From: Candidatus Kapaibacterium sp.
Lineage (GTDB): Bacteria > Bacteroidota > Ignavibacteria > Kapaibacteriales > UBA2268
DNA: 64,000 nucleotides
Reading direction: 5' to 3'
Assembly (NCBI GenBank): GCA_963665665.1
Contig: OY762428.1
Location: forward strand, 4,832,001-4,896,000
The notes beneath the pieces are model-generated. The model saw only the letters and a list, made by a program, of their open reading frames with translations, was not told the DNA's origin and ran no database searches. The position numbers and the translations under genes were made by a program. This document shows, one piece after another, positions 21,236 to 30,956 of the stretch. Each line of letters opens with the position of its first letter. The first letter of the stretch is position 1.

Positions 21236-24200
21236 ATGTTCAGGAAAATTCTAATTATTGCAGCTTTTATCTTTTTTCCTCTCACCACGGAGTCGAAGGA
21301 CGAATCTTTCTATTGGGTGGGTGGTTCCGGCGATTGGTCAGAGTTTTTCAAGCATTGGGCCGGTTCTTCGGGCGGAGATCCGAGCGAGTTTGGTAAGGTT
21401 CCCGATGCTGGCGATACTGTTTATTTTGATAACAATTCGTTCCTTCCCGAAGACGAGGAAATTGTAATAACAATTAAAGATAATGCAGAATGCTTAACCC
21501 TTGATTTTTCGAAAGCTTCGAAAAAAATTGTTTTTAATAAGAATACTCAGCCGATGCTAAAAATATATGGTTCACTGATATTGAACAGTGATATGGATTT
21601 TAATGTAAATTCATTGAATTTTGAAAGTATGCAGAAAGGTAATGTTATAAAGTCCGAAGGTATCAAACTTGGAAATATCAGGTTCTACGGTATCGACGGC
21701 GGATGGGAATTGCTCGGAGACCTTCAATGCGGTGAAATATACCATAAGCATGGAAGTTTCAATACAAAGAATTATAACCTTACCTGCTATTCATATTCCG
21801 GTGCAAGCAATCCTGACAGGGAACTTTACCTGAATAATTCAATTATTCACCTTACAAGTTCAAACTGGGTATCCAACGGCGCATACAAAACACATGATGC
21901 CGGCAAATCTGAGATATATCTTGACGGTTTAAGCAGAACCTTCAATACCGGTGGCTATGATTACCACAACGTATATTTTACAAACGAAACCAATTCATCG
22001 AATATTGAAGGAGGAGGGAACTTCAACAAAGTGGTTATCAATTCCAATGCTTATATCAAGAATGATTATACTTACGACAGCCTGATATTTAATCCGGGTT
22101 TTATCTATTCGTTAACATCAGGCAAAACGCAAACTGTACACGAATACTTCAGCGCAACCGGAGAATGTGATAAATATATTTTTATAAAATCACAGACGGT
22201 GAATTCAGCAACAACGATAAAGTCCGAAACAGCAAATATTGAACTTGATTATGTGGTTCTTCAGGATTTAACAGCTTCGGGTTCGGCAGATTTTACAGCC
22301 ACAAATTCAATCAATCTTGGCAATAATTCCGGCTGGACAATTACAGGCCCACCCCCCAGGGCTCTATATTGGGTCGGCAATGGAAAGGGATATTGGGACG
22401 ACAGGCAAAACTGGGATGAATCTGCGGCAGGAAGCGGCGGAGCATGTATACCAACGCCCTTTGACGATGTGTTCTTTGACGGTTTGGATAATGATACTGT
22501 AATTGTTCGAACGGCACTTGTATTTTGCCATGATATGAAATGGGAAAATACCGGGAATGCATTATTCACGAAGGAACTTCAATTCCCGATCAGGATATAC
22601 GGAAGTTTGTATCTTGATGAGGCATTGGATTACAGGATGACAAATATCATCAATTTCGAGGCTATGGACAAGGGCAATATTATAAAATCAGCATCCCAAA
22701 AATTATCAAATATCAGGTTCTACGGTATCGACGGCGGATGGGAATTACTCGGAGACCTTCAATGCGGTGAAATATACCATAAGCATGGAAGTTTCAATAC
22801 AAAGAATTACAACCTTACCTGCTATTCTTATTCGGGTGCGAGTAATAATGACAGGGAACTTTACCTGAATAATTCAATAATTCACCTGACTAATTCAAAC
22901 TGGGTATCCAACGGCGCATACAAAACACATGATGCCGGCAAATCCGAGATATATCTTGACGGTTTAAGCAGAACCTTCAATACCGGTGGCTATGATTACC
23001 ACAACGTATATTTTACAAACGAAACCAATTCATCGAATATTGAAGGAGGAGGGAACTTCAACAAAGTGGTTATCAATTCCAATGCTTATATCAAGAATGA
23101 TTTTACTTACGACAGCCTGATATTTAATCCGGGTTTTATCTATTCGTTAACATCAGGCAAAACGCAAACTGTACACGAATACTTCAGCGCAACCGGAGAA
23201 TGTGATAAATATATTTTTATAAAATCACAGACGGTGAATTCAGCAACAACGATAAAGTCCGAAACAGCAAATATTGAACTTGATTATGTGGTTCTTCAGG
23301 ATTTAACAGCTTCGGGTTCGGCAGATTTTACAGCCACAAATTCAATCAATCTTGGCAATAATTCCGGCTGGACAATTACAGGCCCACCCCCCAGGGCTCT
23401 ATATTGGGTCGGCAATGGAAAGGGATATTGGGACGACAGGCAAAACTGGGATGAATCTGCGGCAGGAAGCGGCGGAGCATGCATTCCAACGCCCTTTGAC
23501 GATGTGTTCTTTGACGGTTTGGATAATGATACTGTAATTGTTCGTACACCCCTTGTTTTTTGTCATGATATGAAATGGGAAAATACCGGGAATGCATTAT
23601 TCACGAAGGAACTTCAATTCCAGATCAGGATATACGGAAGTTTGTATCTTGATGAGGCATTGGATTACAGGATGACAAATATCATCAATTTCGAGGCTAT
23701 GGACAAGGGCAATATTATAAAATCAGCATCCCAAAAATTATCAAATATCAGGTTCTACGGTATCGACGGCGGATGGGAATTACTCGGAGATCTTCAATGC
23801 GGTGAGATATATCATAAGCATGGCAGTTTCAATACAAAGAATTACAATCTTACCTGCTATTCTTATTCGGGTGCGAGTAATAATGATAGGGAACTTTACC
23901 TGAATAATTCAATAATTCACCTGACTAATTCAAACTGGATATCCAACGGCGCATACAAAACACATGATGCCGGAAAATCCGAGATATATCTTGACGGTTT
24001 AAGCAGAACATTCAATACCGGCGGTTATGATTACCACAACGTATATTTTACTAACGAAACCAATTCATCGAATATTGAAGGAGGAGGGAACTTCAACAAA
24101 GTTGTTATCAATTCCAATGCTAATATCAAGAATGATTTTACTTATGATACACTGGAGTTCAGGCCTTCATTTAATTATACACTGACTTCTGGCAGAGAAC

Positions 24201-25774
24201 AAAAGATCAATAGTTTTTTTGATTGCAGGGGAAACTCGTGTTTTCCTATTACAATTAAATCAACATTATCCGGTATCCAAACGAGTATTATAAAAAAAGA
24301 AGGGACAGTATCCTGTGATTTCCTTAGTCTGACAGATGTTAGAGCTGACAGCGGGGCGACATTTTATGCCGGGGCATATTCCAAATCTATAGGGCCTAAT
24401 AACAAGGGATGGATTTTTGAAAATGCTCCTGATTACATTTATGGTTTCGGCCCGGATACAATTCTTTGTGAAGGCGATATTCTGAATACCTTCAATTTCA
24501 ACGGCGCTAAGGAATATTTGTGGCATGACGGAACTACTGAGTCCTGGCATGAAGCAGACGAAACCGGGCTTTACTGGGTTTTGGTAAAATACGATGACGA
24601 TTGTGAATTCCGTGATTCTATCTTTATCGAGATAATTTCCAACGCTTTTGTTGATGCCGGGGATGATATTTATGTGTGTGAGAAAAATACTGAAGTTCAG
24701 GTGAAAGCCAAAATTAAGGACGGAATTGCGCCGTATGAAATTTCCTGGGAACCTTCCATAGGAATTAGCAACCCCGCAAAACCATCCGTAACTATCAGTT
24801 CAGATATTAGCCGGAATTATATATTGAAAGTGAAAAGCAAAAACGGATGCTATGCCAGGGATACAATCAAATATATTATTATAGACGAGTTTAAACCGAA
24901 AATTTGGAAAGACGGATATTACCTCGTTTCAAACGCTGACAAGGGAAACCAATGGTATATGGACGGGGAAATTATACCGGGAGCAGTACACCAAAAGTAT
25001 CTTCCGCTGAAAACCGGGCTGTATTCTGTTGTTGTAACAAGCGATTTCGGATGCGAATCTGAAGCTTCAGACCCCTTATATTTTTATAGCAGCGATTATG
25101 ATAATCCTACTTTGTTTATTGGCAGTACACAAGGCAGTCCTAAGGATACGGTATTGATACCGCTTATTATTGCTAATGAAAAGGATCTGATTGAAAGTGG
25201 TGCGGAAAATATTAATGTTAATGTAAACTTCAACCCAAGCCTTTTATATCCTATTGATTTTGATATGATATATGTCGATGAAAAAAATGCATATATAGAT
25301 ATAAACGGGCTAAACATTAATCCCGACGAGAATGGTGTCCTTACTTATCTGCGGTTCTCGGTTGGCCTCGGGAATTCAGAAAGTTGTGAACTTCTTCTGC
25401 CGCTGGCCGAACCAAACGGGGGAGAGGCTGAAATGGTAACGGTGGATGGTATGTTCACCCTTCTGAATATTTGTGAAGAGGGAGGGAAGAGGCTTGTTAA
25501 TCCTTATGTTGAAGCAGGAATTATTAGTATAAGCCCAAACCCTGGCAATTCTCATATCAATCTTAGATATACAATTTCTGAGAAAGGAGCTGTGGATATA
25601 TCGATTTTTGACATGATGGGGCGAAAAGTAAAAAACCTGGTAAATTCAGTTACGGATAATTTTGGTAATTTTATTCGCAAGGTAGATATAAAAGATTTAC
25701 CAACCGGGAATTATTTTGTTGTTTTCCGGTCGGCAACGATAATTGAGAGTAGAAATATTGTAATAATAAAGTAG
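21236..25774 (+). CDS. Large secreted repeat protein (345-aa tandem modules, Ig/PKD-like and cohesin-like regions) with T9SS CTD
   Basis: Signal peptide; repeated YWVG..G.W....W...GG...P...D.V.FD modules; ICEEGGKRL then SPNP...LPTGNYFV CTD. Confidence 0.85.
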   Translation: MFRKILIIAAFIFFPLTTESKDESFYWVGGSGDWSEFFKHWAGSSGGDPSEFGKVPDAGDTVYFDNNSFLPEDEEIVITIKDNAECLTLDFSKASKKIVFNKNTQPMLKIYGSLILNSDMDFNVNSLNFESMQKGNVIKSEGIKLGNIRFYGIDGGWELLGDLQCGEIYHKHGSFNTKNYNLTCYSYSGASNPDRELYLNNSIIHLTSSNWVSNGAYKTHDAGKSEIYLDGLSRTFNTGGYDYHNVYFTNETNSSNIEGGGNFNKVVINSNAYIKNDYTYDSLIFNPGFIYSLTSGKTQTVHEYFSATGECDKYIFIKSQTVNSATTIKSETANIELDYVVLQDLTASGSADFTATNSINLGNNSGWTITGPPPRALYWVGNGKGYWDDRQNWDESAAGSGGACIPTPFDDVFFDGLDNDTVIVRTALVFCHDMKWENTGNALFTKELQFPIRIYGSLYLDEALDYRMTNIINFEAMDKGNIIKSASQKLSNIRFYGIDGGWELLGDLQCGEIYHKHGSFNTKNYNLTCYSYSGASNNDRELYLNNSIIHLTNSNWVSNGAYKTHDAGKSEIYLDGLSRTFNTGGYDYHNVYFTNETNSSNIEGGGNFNKVVINSNAYIKNDFTYDSLIFNPGFIYSLTSGKTQTVHEYFSATGECDKYIFIKSQTVNSATTIKSETANIELDYVVLQDLTASGSADFTATNSINLGNNSGWTITGPPPRALYWVGNGKGYWDDRQNWDESAAGSGGACIPTPFDDVFFDGLDNDTVIVRTPLVFCHDMKWENTGNALFTKELQFQIRIYGSLYLDEALDYRMTNIINFEAMDKGNIIKSASQKLSNIRFYGIDGGWELLGDLQCGEIYHKHGSFNTKNYNLTCYSYSGASNNDRELYLNNSIIHLTNSNWISNGAYKTHDAGKSEIYLDGLSRTFNTGGYDYHNVYFTNETNSSNIEGGGNFNKVVINSNANIKNDFTYDTLEFRPSFNYTLTSGREQKINSFFDCRGNSCFPITIKSTLSGIQTSIIKKEGTVSCDFLSLTDVRADSGATFYAGAYSKSIGPNNKGWIFENAPDYIYGFGPDTILCEGDILNTFNFNGAKEYLWHDGTTESWHEADETGLYWVLVKYDDDCEFRDSIFIEIISNAFVDAGDDIYVCEKNTEVQVKAKIKDGIAPYEISWEPSIGISNPAKPSVTISSDISRNYILKVKSKNGCYARDTIKYIIIDEFKPKIWKDGYYLVSNADKGNQWYMDGEIIPGAVHQKYLPLKTGLYSVVVTSDFGCESEASDPLYFYSSDYDNPTLFIGSTQGSPKDTVLIPLIIANEKDLIESGAENINVNVNFNPSLLYPIDFDMIYVDEKNAYIDINGLNINPDENGVLTYLRFSVGLGNSESCELLLPLAEPNGGEAEMVTVDGMFTLLNICEEGGKRLVNPYVEAGIISISPNPGNSHINLRYTISEKGAVDISIFDMMGRKVKNLVNSVTDNFGNFIRKVDIKDLPTGNYFVVFRSATIIESRNIVIIK
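21673..24148 (+). repeat. Intragenic tandem direct repeat, period 1035 bp, about 2.4 near-identical copies
   Basis: AAATATCAGGTTCTACGGTATCGACGGCGGATGGG starts at 21673, 22708 and 23743; copies differ mostly at synonymous sites. Confidence 0.95.
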
Positions 25775-25777
25775 ATA

Positions 25778-26509
25778 TCAGAGAACCACAAACCCTATCA
25801 GGGAAATGCCAATTATCCCGAGAATGATATAAATATATTTATGAAATTTTTCGGGATTTATTTTTTTGTTCAGCCTGCTGCCGAGAAACATTGCAAGCAA
25901 AACAAGTGGAAGTGAATACATGAGATAGGCCAGCATTTCCGTATTCCACAGGCCTACCCACCCGTGCCCGATCGTAATTAACAGATTGGTTGGAAGGAAT
26001 ATTCCCTGCAGGATTGCCCTGAACTTTTCCGGTTCCCAGCTTCGAAGCGTGCCGTATATGATAATCGGGGGGCCGTTCGTATTATAAGCGCCGCCGAGTA
26101 CGCCTGCAATCAGGGCAAATAATGGTGCTGACCTGCCGGTCGCAAGTTTAAAAAATTCAGGCCTGAAAAGCTTGAAAGCAGCAAAAATTATTAGAACTAC
26201 TCCAAGCAGTATTTTTATCAGGCCCTCGCCGCTGTCCTTCAGGAAAAAGAGTCCGAATGGTATGCCAATAAGCGAAAAAATTACCAGCGCCGGGGCGTCC
26301 TTAACCTCTATCATTTTCCAGTTTTTTGCAATGATAGAAATGGCTATTATACTTGCTATTATAGCTACAACCGGAGCCGCAATCTTTACGCTGATAAAAA
26401 GAGACAGCATTGGCATAGCAATAAGGGCATCGCCAAAGCCGAGCGCCGAGCGGCACAGCGAGGATATAAACAATATCAGGGCAACGTATATTATGATAAA
26501 TTCATTCAT
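25778..26509 (-). CDS. TauE/SafE (sulfite exporter) family membrane protein
   Basis: ALGFGDALIAMP, GVLGGAYNTNGPP, about 8 TM helices. Confidence 0.85.
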   Translation of the reverse strand: MNEFIIIYVALILFISSLCRSALGFGDALIAMPMLSLFISVKIAAPVVAIIASIIAISIIAKNWKMIEVKDAPALVIFSLIGIPFGLFFLKDSGEGLIKILLGVVLIIFAAFKLFRPEFFKLATGRSAPLFALIAGVLGGAYNTNGPPIIIYGTLRSWEPEKFRAILQGIFLPTNLLITIGHGWVGLWNTEMLAYLMYSLPLVLLAMFLGSRLNKKINPEKFHKYIYIILGIIGISLIGFVVL

Positions 26510-26685
26510 CAGATAAAATTAATGAAATTCAGGGAGAATAGCCCCGAAAAAGTGATTGCAACAGGTGGATGTTATCAATCCGGAAAGTTGCCAAAGCTTG
26601 GATACCCATAATGAATATTCTCGGGAATCATAACAGTCCAGGTATGGATGAAACACTGCACTAAGCGAAGTATTCATCATTTCTG

Positions 26686-27564
26686 CTACTCTGAAAGTCC
26701 CGGAATAATCTTTAAATTACCCCCGGGATATTTATTAATAAAATCACTATGCATTTTTTTTTGAAGTTCTAAAACATAATCCAGTTTTGTTCCGGTATTA
26801 AATTTCAATTCCACTTCAACAAAAAAATCATTACCTTTGGTAGTGGAATATATACGTCCGATATTTTCATATTCATTGAAATACCTGGAAAGAATATTTA
26901 AAATAAACAACTGCTCGGATTCTTTAAGCGGAAAATCAGATAGCGATTTAGAATCACTGATAATCTGGCCCAGGTAAATAAAACTTCCGTACATTGCAAA
27001 AGTCAATGCCAGCCCTTTATCTATCCAGTAATGGGCATGAATATCATCTATGCTGATAATCCATAATGTTAATACAACAACGAAAGATGCTAAATTCCTG
27101 TAGGTGCCAATTTTTGCATCTTTTCCAAGAATTATCAGAATGGGGCTGTTTTCATGTTTCATCCCTTTTTTGGCAATAAAATAAATTCCGAATTGTGTTG
27201 AAAAAGCGATAATGAGTGACAGGGGAATGGTAACAAAATTATTCAGGATATGAGGGTCATGCAAAATACTCCTTACTGCAAAAACAACTGATACGACAAC
27301 GCATGACAGAATGATAACCGATATAACCAGGGCATTGAAATTTTCAAGCCTGTTCGTACCGTAAGGAAATTTGTCGCTATGGCCTTTTTCCCTTTCCCTT
27401 ATTACCAGTAGTGTCAGGATTGAGCAAATAATACCTGACAAACTGATAAAAATTGTATAAAGAACGGCCGCAGAATCTGAAAAATAAAAAGATAAAATTG
27501 CAACAATAATCGTTATAAAATTTCCGGCAAAAGTAGCATAAGCAGTAAGTTTTGTGTATTTCAT
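26686..27564 (-). CDS. Cation diffusion facilitator (CDF) family transporter, divergent
   Basis: KFPYGTNRLE motif, six TM helices, C-terminal FVEVEL dimerisation-like domain. Confidence 0.75.
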   Translation of the reverse strand: MKYTKLTAYATFAGNFITIIVAILSFYFSDSAAVLYTIFISLSGIICSILTLLVIREREKGHSDKFPYGTNRLENFNALVISVIILSCVVVSVVFAVRSILHDPHILNNFVTIPLSLIIAFSTQFGIYFIAKKGMKHENSPILIILGKDAKIGTYRNLASFVVVLTLWIISIDDIHAHYWIDKGLALTFAMYGSFIYLGQIISDSKSLSDFPLKESEQLFILNILSRYFNEYENIGRIYSTTKGNDFFVEVELKFNTGTKLDYVLELQKKMHSDFINKYPGGNLKIIPGLSE

Positions 27565-27770
27565 ATAAAGAATGATAATTATTAAATAGTGTCATAATAA
27601 TATAAAATAATTAAAATTTTTGAAATGAAAAACCTTACAGTAAATTTACTGCATACAAATGACAAGGTCTCTTATGTCAGAATATTTCCAATTTGACATT
27701 TCTGATACGTTTAGAATTGGCAGATGTACGCCGATGGCATCGATATATTCCCGATAAATAGAAACAAGAC

Positions 27771-27800
27771 GGGGAAGGCGGGGGGGGGGGCAAGGGGCGG
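27771..27800 (+). repeat. G-rich tract with a G11 homopolymer
   Basis: GGGG-AA-GG-C-G(11)-CAA-GGGG-C-GG in an AT-rich intergenic region. Confidence 0.8.
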
Positions 27801-28053
27801 AGTGAAAATTTTCTAAACGACAACGATCACAGATGCTAACCTTCTGAAGGTTGCCGGATTCAGACAGCTGTAATTATGGAACTCCTGCTTTTCGAAAGAA
27901 ATGGAATAGTTCCTCGCCCTGTCCTGACGTGTCCGAACAGGCGGGAAACAGTTTTTTTTCTTTCTTCCCAAAATCCCGCTTTCTCCCGGATAGTACCGGT
28001 TGGGTAGGAAAGTATCGGGAGCTTTAGGACGCTACCCTTTGATGAAGATAAAT

Positions 28054-28086
28054 AAAAAAAGGCCGCCACAACGCAGCAGCCCTTTT
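28054..28086 (-). terminator. Intrinsic terminator of the kinase operon
   Basis: Minus strand AAAAGGGCTGCTGCGTTGTGGCGGCCTTTTTTT: GC-rich stem plus T-tract just after the stop at 28107. Confidence 0.7.
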
Positions 28087-28106
28087 GGGTTTGATGTTGT
28101 ATAGGA

Positions 28107-29723
28107 TTAAGCTTTTGGGAATTTACAGATAAAATTTGTTCCTTCGCCAAGTTTACTTTCACATCTAATATCGCAATTCATCAGCTCGCAGAGTTTTTTT
28201 ACTATCGAAAGTCCAAGTCCTGTTGAATTTTCTCCTGCTGTAGGCTGTGCACTAAGCCTGGAGAATTTTTTAAACAATTTTTTCTTATCTTCTTCACTAA
28301 TGCCCGGGCCTTCGTCGCGAACGGAAAAGATCACGTGGGTATCAGTATTTTCAAGTTGTATATATACTTTTTTTCCGAGCGGATTATATTTAATGGCATT
28401 GGAAATAAGGTTTTCCATTATCTGAGCGCTTGCGTTGCTGTCCTGGTAAACATAATATGGACCGTCGGAATTCGACAGAATAATATCAATATTTTTCTTT
28501 GCAGCGGATTTACGGAAAAATTTAACTTCTTCTTCAAGCAATTCATTAATATTGAACCTGTCCTTTTCAATTTTGATTTTTCCCTGGTCTATGGCATTTG
28601 TATCGAGCAGATTCTTAATAAGATTGAACATTTTTTTGGTTGAAGAAAGAATATCGCCAGTGAATTCCTTTATTTCTTCTTGGGTAAGTTCATCGCAATT
28701 ATTTAAATATTCGGCTATCATTTGTATTCCGCTAAGCGGATTTTTCAGGTCGTGAACAGCAATGCCAAGGATTTCGTTTTTTTCTTTATTCAGCTGTTTT
28801 AGTTCGCGGGTTCTTTCTTCCACTTCCTGTTCCAGTGTCAGGTTATATTCCCTGAGCAGGTTTTCTGCTTTTTTTCTGAATCCTATGTCCCGCGCCATAA
28901 TTGTGTAATAATTCTCTGATTCGGAAACTATTTTGCTGACTGAAAGTTCAGCAGGAAAGTTCTGGCCTATGCTGGTATATGCATCAACTTCTCTGTTCTT
29001 GAAAATTACAGTTGTTTCATCGTCATCAATATCATATTCTACAGATTTCTTCATTATTATTTCCCTTAATCCGGGAAAAAAATCAGAAATATTGTAGGCA
29101 ATTATATCATCGCTGATCAGCCCTAATAATTGCTCGGTGGCAGGATTAACAGTCTGGATATTACCCATATCATCAATGGTGATTATCGAATCGGCAGCAG
29201 ATGAAATAATGGAATGATTCAGGGCTTTGCTCATACTAAGGGAGTGGCGGGTTTTATTCAGGGCTTTAAGGCTGGACTTGACTTCATCGATTGTTTTCCT
29301 GGTTTTCTCGATAGTAATAGCCAGGTCTTCAAAATCTATCGGCTTTGTCAGGAAGTCGTAAGCACCTCTGTTCATGGCTGTCCTGATATTATCCATATCA
29401 CCGTAAGCAGAAACTATTATAGCTTTTAGCATTTTGTTCACGCTGCTAAGGTGATTTAAAAGTGTAAGGCCGTCCATTTTCGGCATATTAATATCCGAGA
29501 TGACAATATCGATATCAGGATTTTCTTTGAGTTTGCTAAGTGCATCAAAACCGTCTTCCGCAAAAACAAAATCGTATTTCCCCTTGCGGATCTGCTTCCT
29601 GAATTTCAACCGGACCATCCCCTCGACGTCAGGTTCATCATCAACCAATAATATTCTGGTAGCCCCGGAAATATCTGTTGGCATAGTATCGATCCTTTTA
29701 GTATTATGCTTTTCAATAATCAT
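28107..29723 (-). CDS. REC-PAS-HisKA-HATPase kinase
   Basis: LLVDDEPD..SDINMP; PAS (DSIITIDDMGNIQTVNPATE); VHDLKNPL; NAIKY, DEGPG, STGLGL. Confidence 0.9.
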   Translation of the reverse strand: MIIEKHNTKRIDTMPTDISGATRILLVDDEPDVEGMVRLKFRKQIRKGKYDFVFAEDGFDALSKLKENPDIDIVISDINMPKMDGLTLLNHLSSVNKMLKAIIVSAYGDMDNIRTAMNRGAYDFLTKPIDFEDLAITIEKTRKTIDEVKSSLKALNKTRHSLSMSKALNHSIISSAADSIITIDDMGNIQTVNPATEQLLGLISDDIIAYNISDFFPGLREIIMKKSVEYDIDDDETTVIFKNREVDAYTSIGQNFPAELSVSKIVSESENYYTIMARDIGFRKKAENLLREYNLTLEQEVEERTRELKQLNKEKNEILGIAVHDLKNPLSGIQMIAEYLNNCDELTQEEIKEFTGDILSSTKKMFNLIKNLLDTNAIDQGKIKIEKDRFNINELLEEEVKFFRKSAAKKNIDIILSNSDGPYYVYQDSNASAQIMENLISNAIKYNPLGKKVYIQLENTDTHVIFSVRDEGPGISEEDKKKLFKKFSRLSAQPTAGENSTGLGLSIVKKLCELMNCDIRCESKLGEGTNFICKFPKA

Positions 29724-29725
29724 AT

Positions 29726-30892
29726 TTAATCTCTGCTGTAGTAATCATTTAAACTTTTGAACAGCGGTAATTTCACTTTAATGTTTGTGCCGCTGTTTAG
29801 CATACTTGTTAATCCAATACTTCCTTTAAGCTGTTCAACGCTTTTCTTAACAATGGAAAGCCCAAGTCCGGTACCCTGTGTTTTTCCAACATTGCCGGCC
29901 CTGTAGAAAGGCTGGAAAATTTTATTCATATCATTTTCTTTTATACCAATTCCATTATCGTTAATATCAAATATCAGGTGTTCATTATGAATTTTCAGGT
30001 TTACCTGAATTTCGCTGCCTTCAGGAGAATACTTAACTGCATTGGATATTAAATTGGAAAATATATACCTGAGCAGATTTGAATCGCTCAGATATTTCAA
30101 TGATTTGCAGGATAGTTCGGTTTTTATATCATGCTTATCCCTGTCGATTAGTTTGATTTCCTCAATAATTGTTTTCAGTACAAGGCATATATCCATTTCT
30201 TCCAGATTCAACCTTTCTTCGCCGCTGTCGATACTTGCCACTTTTACCACATCATCGAGCATTTCGGTCATCAGTTTTACCGCAGAATGAATTTTATTAA
30301 GATGATTATTTTGTTTATCATTGATTTGCCTGCCCAGGTTCATTCTCATCAGGTCGGCTGAAGTTTGAATAATTGTTAAAGGGTTCCGGTATTCATGGGA
30401 TACCATGGAAAGAAATCCTGATTTCATATCATTCAGGTCTTTTTCTTTTTTCAGGGCATCTTTCAGCTTTAGCTCTGCCTGCCTTGCAATCTCTTTAGAT
30501 AATTTGATATCGAAAGCATTTTTGGAAACGTTATTCAGCGAGTTTTCAAAATCATTGAAATTAATTGGTTTTGTGATATAATCCGATGCACCAAGGCTCA
30601 TGGCAGTCCTGACATTCGTCATATTTCCATAAGCGGTAATAATAATTGTTTTCATATCCGGATTAATTTCCTTTAGCTCTTTCAGGAGCGAGAATCCATC
30701 CATTCTTGGCATGTTAAGGTCAACCACAGCCACATCGATATTGGGTATTTCTCTGATTTTTTCAAGTGCATCCACACCGTCGCTGGCATAGATAAAATGA
30801 TAATCCCCGTTTTGAATCTGTTTTCTCATTCGGAGTTTAACGAGTCCTTCCACATCGGGTTCGTCATCAACTAATAATACTAAGGAAGCCAT
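29726..30892 (-). CDS. REC-HisKA-HATPase kinase (probable start near MASLVLLVDDE; ORF track extends to 31015)
   Basis: LLVDDEPD..VDLNMP; SHEYRNPL; NAVKYS, DNGIG, GTGLGL. Confidence 0.88.
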   Translation of the reverse strand: MASLVLLVDDEPDVEGLVKLRMRKQIQNGDYHFIYASDGVDALEKIREIPNIDVAVVDLNMPRMDGFSLLKELKEINPDMKTIIITAYGNMTNVRTAMSLGASDYITKPINFNDFENSLNNVSKNAFDIKLSKEIARQAELKLKDALKKEKDLNDMKSGFLSMVSHEYRNPLTIIQTSADLMRMNLGRQINDKQNNHLNKIHSAVKLMTEMLDDVVKVASIDSGEERLNLEEMDICLVLKTIIEEIKLIDRDKHDIKTELSCKSLKYLSDSNLLRYIFSNLISNAVKYSPEGSEIQVNLKIHNEHLIFDINDNGIGIKENDMNKIFQPFYRAGNVGKTQGTGLGLSIVKKSVEQLKGSIGLTSMLNSGTNIKVKLPLFKSLNDYYSRD

Positions 30893-30956
30893 TTTTGCTT
30901 TTCCGTCTTTATTTGATATTTTTTGTTCCAAAATCAAATCACCTTTTACATTGCCG

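Noticed and set aside
21673-24148. Near-identical repeats as a diversity-generating retroelement TR/VR pair
   Set aside because: The repeats are in-frame tandem modules with mostly synonymous, non-adenine-specific differences; no reverse transcriptase is nearby
27880-27960. c-di-GMP-I riboswitch suggested by TTTTCGAAAGAAATGG
   Set aside because: The GGCAAA and GACGCAAAGC elements and the P1 pairing are absent
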